A DNA stretch of 64,000 bases from NCBI GenBank assembly GCA_964106915.2, contig OZ066914.1, one strand, 5' to 3'. Under the pieces are notes generated by a model. The model ran no database searches. It was not told where the DNA came from and was given only the letters and a program-made list of their open reading frames with translations. Of the stretch, positions 62,750-64,000 are shown piece after piece (position 1 is the first letter of the stretch; each line of letters starts with the position of its first letter). The DNA comes from Podarcis gaigeae (Eukaryota). The position numbers and the translations under genes were made by a program.

Positions 62750-63610
62750 TGTCAGGGAGTAAGTTGTTATGGTTGTGAAAGTTACCAGAACTTTCTAGAA
62801 CATTCTAGCAGGGGGGTTTTTTAGCTGTCTCTAAGCTTCTCAGGGGACGCGAGAGCACAGCTGGTGTTTTTTCCAGGCTGTGTGTTCACGGCTACTGCTC
62901 CGAGGACAAACTATATCTGCTGTCTGCTGAGCAGTTCTGTCATTCTATCTTCTTCTACTGCATTCTATACTTCTTTATTTCGTTTGTAATATTTTTATCC
63001 TGTGTGGTGTATTTTTTTTATTGGAAAAAAGTGGATTTGCTCTCGGGTGCTAAGTTTTGAACTTGTTGAAACCTGTATGGTTTGGGAACTCGGTAAACTG
63101 AGGAAATGAAGAATTTCCGGCTGCCTCTGTGGGTTGTTTGTACGATAATTGCTCTCCACACGTCCACTGTGCTTCTGCTTCTCTGCTACTACAAGGAGAC
63201 TGGCGTGTCTGGGTTTTTGGCACCTTATACACAGTGGCGGAGCACATGCCCGCGCTGCCCAGGACAGGTGCGCTCCCAAGGGGGGGGCGTGGTGCAGAGG
63301 GTGCCCTCCCAGGCACAAGATAGTCACTTGGGTGCCCGGAGTGGCACGCACATCCTGCAGCCGGGGGCGGAGCGAGCCGCCCATGGCGGACATTCGACGC
63401 ACTGCCCACCCACGACTCCCATGCCTCCCCCAAGCTGTCAAGGGAAGGGGGGAATGCCACTGGCAAAGCAGCGCAGCTCCCCCCTTACCCTGACGGCTCA
63501 GGGTAGGCTTGGGAGCCGCAGGCGGGCCGAATGTCACCCCCCTCAGTGAGGGCACCTGGGGTGTCTGCCCCCCACCGTCCCCCTTCCTACACCTCTGCTT
63601 ACACCCTCGG
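62750..63610. mobile_element. Possible solo LTR interrupted by the 63232-63597 element
   Basis: Starts TGTCAGGG; gcaac on both flanks; right end not canonical CA. Confidence 0.3.
63232..63597. mobile_element. hAT-Tip100-like element with GC/CpG-rich interior
   Basis: CAGTGGCGGAG...CTACACCTCTG imperfect TIR; TSD cttataca/cttacacc. Confidence 0.55.
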
Positions 63611-64000
63611 CAACATCATCTAACCTCCCCAAAAACATATTGGAATGAATACTCAATAAGTGGAAGTTCTAATCTTCTTTCCAACAAATCAGGATGAATG
63701 GTTTCAGGTTGTCTGGAAGGGACCAAGTTCAGCCAATGCTTTTCCAGTTTTGGAGCATGAGGTGGTGAATGACAGGAAGACACTGGAGCACATAGCACTC
63801 TATAAAATGCAACAAACTGCACATTATGTATCAGTCTAGGTTGTCAAATTCCGGCAACTTTTTATAGTAACAATTATAAATATTAGCATTTGCAAATTAA
63901 ACATTCTAGAATATTTTTGTATTAAAGAGTTTTAATCACCGAGACCACATAACACCGGTGTTGAAATAACTACACTGGCTCCCAGTACCTTTCCGAGCAC

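Noticed and set aside
62995-63555. Long ORFs (186, 147, 138 aa)
   Set aside because: They span repeat-derived GC-rich sequence and show no recognisable protein features.

Overview
Vertebrate genomic DNA from a squamate, very probably a lacertid lizard such as Podarcis (Sauria SINEs and lacertid-type MITEs). The window is repeat-rich and has one 164-nt assembly gap. The only complete gene is a 12-exon, 460-aa FADS1-like front-end fatty acid desaturase on the + strand (CDS 28513-49976). Its cytochrome-b5 HPGG motif and three His boxes are intact, but substrate-region residues diverge, and it has a CpG-island/double-CCAAT promoter. The most striking signal is two unrelated non-autonomous DNA transposons, each with intact TIRs and target-site duplications, carrying captured GC-rich first-exon fragments of unrelated host genes (Pack-type elements). 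(i) A TA-flanked Tigger/pogo-like MITE (14366-14841), itself nested in a hAT MITE, carries the 5' UTR, Kozak ATG and signal-anchor region of laeverin/aminopeptidase Q (LVRN) as an open chimeric ORF. (ii) A 938-bp hAT element (52132-53069; 15-bp perfect TIR, 8-bp perfect TSD) carries an ENTREP1/FAM189A2 exon with its splice donor and intron start, inserted in sense just past the desaturase poly(A) signal. A third hAT-like element with GC-rich cargo (63232-63597) is a candidate. The rest is Sauria SINEs, L1, L2 and CR1 fragments, Penelope-like termini with degenerate hammerhead motifs, many MITEs, possible solo LTRs and microsatellites. Gene and repeat-family identities come from recalled sequence similarity, not from database searches.
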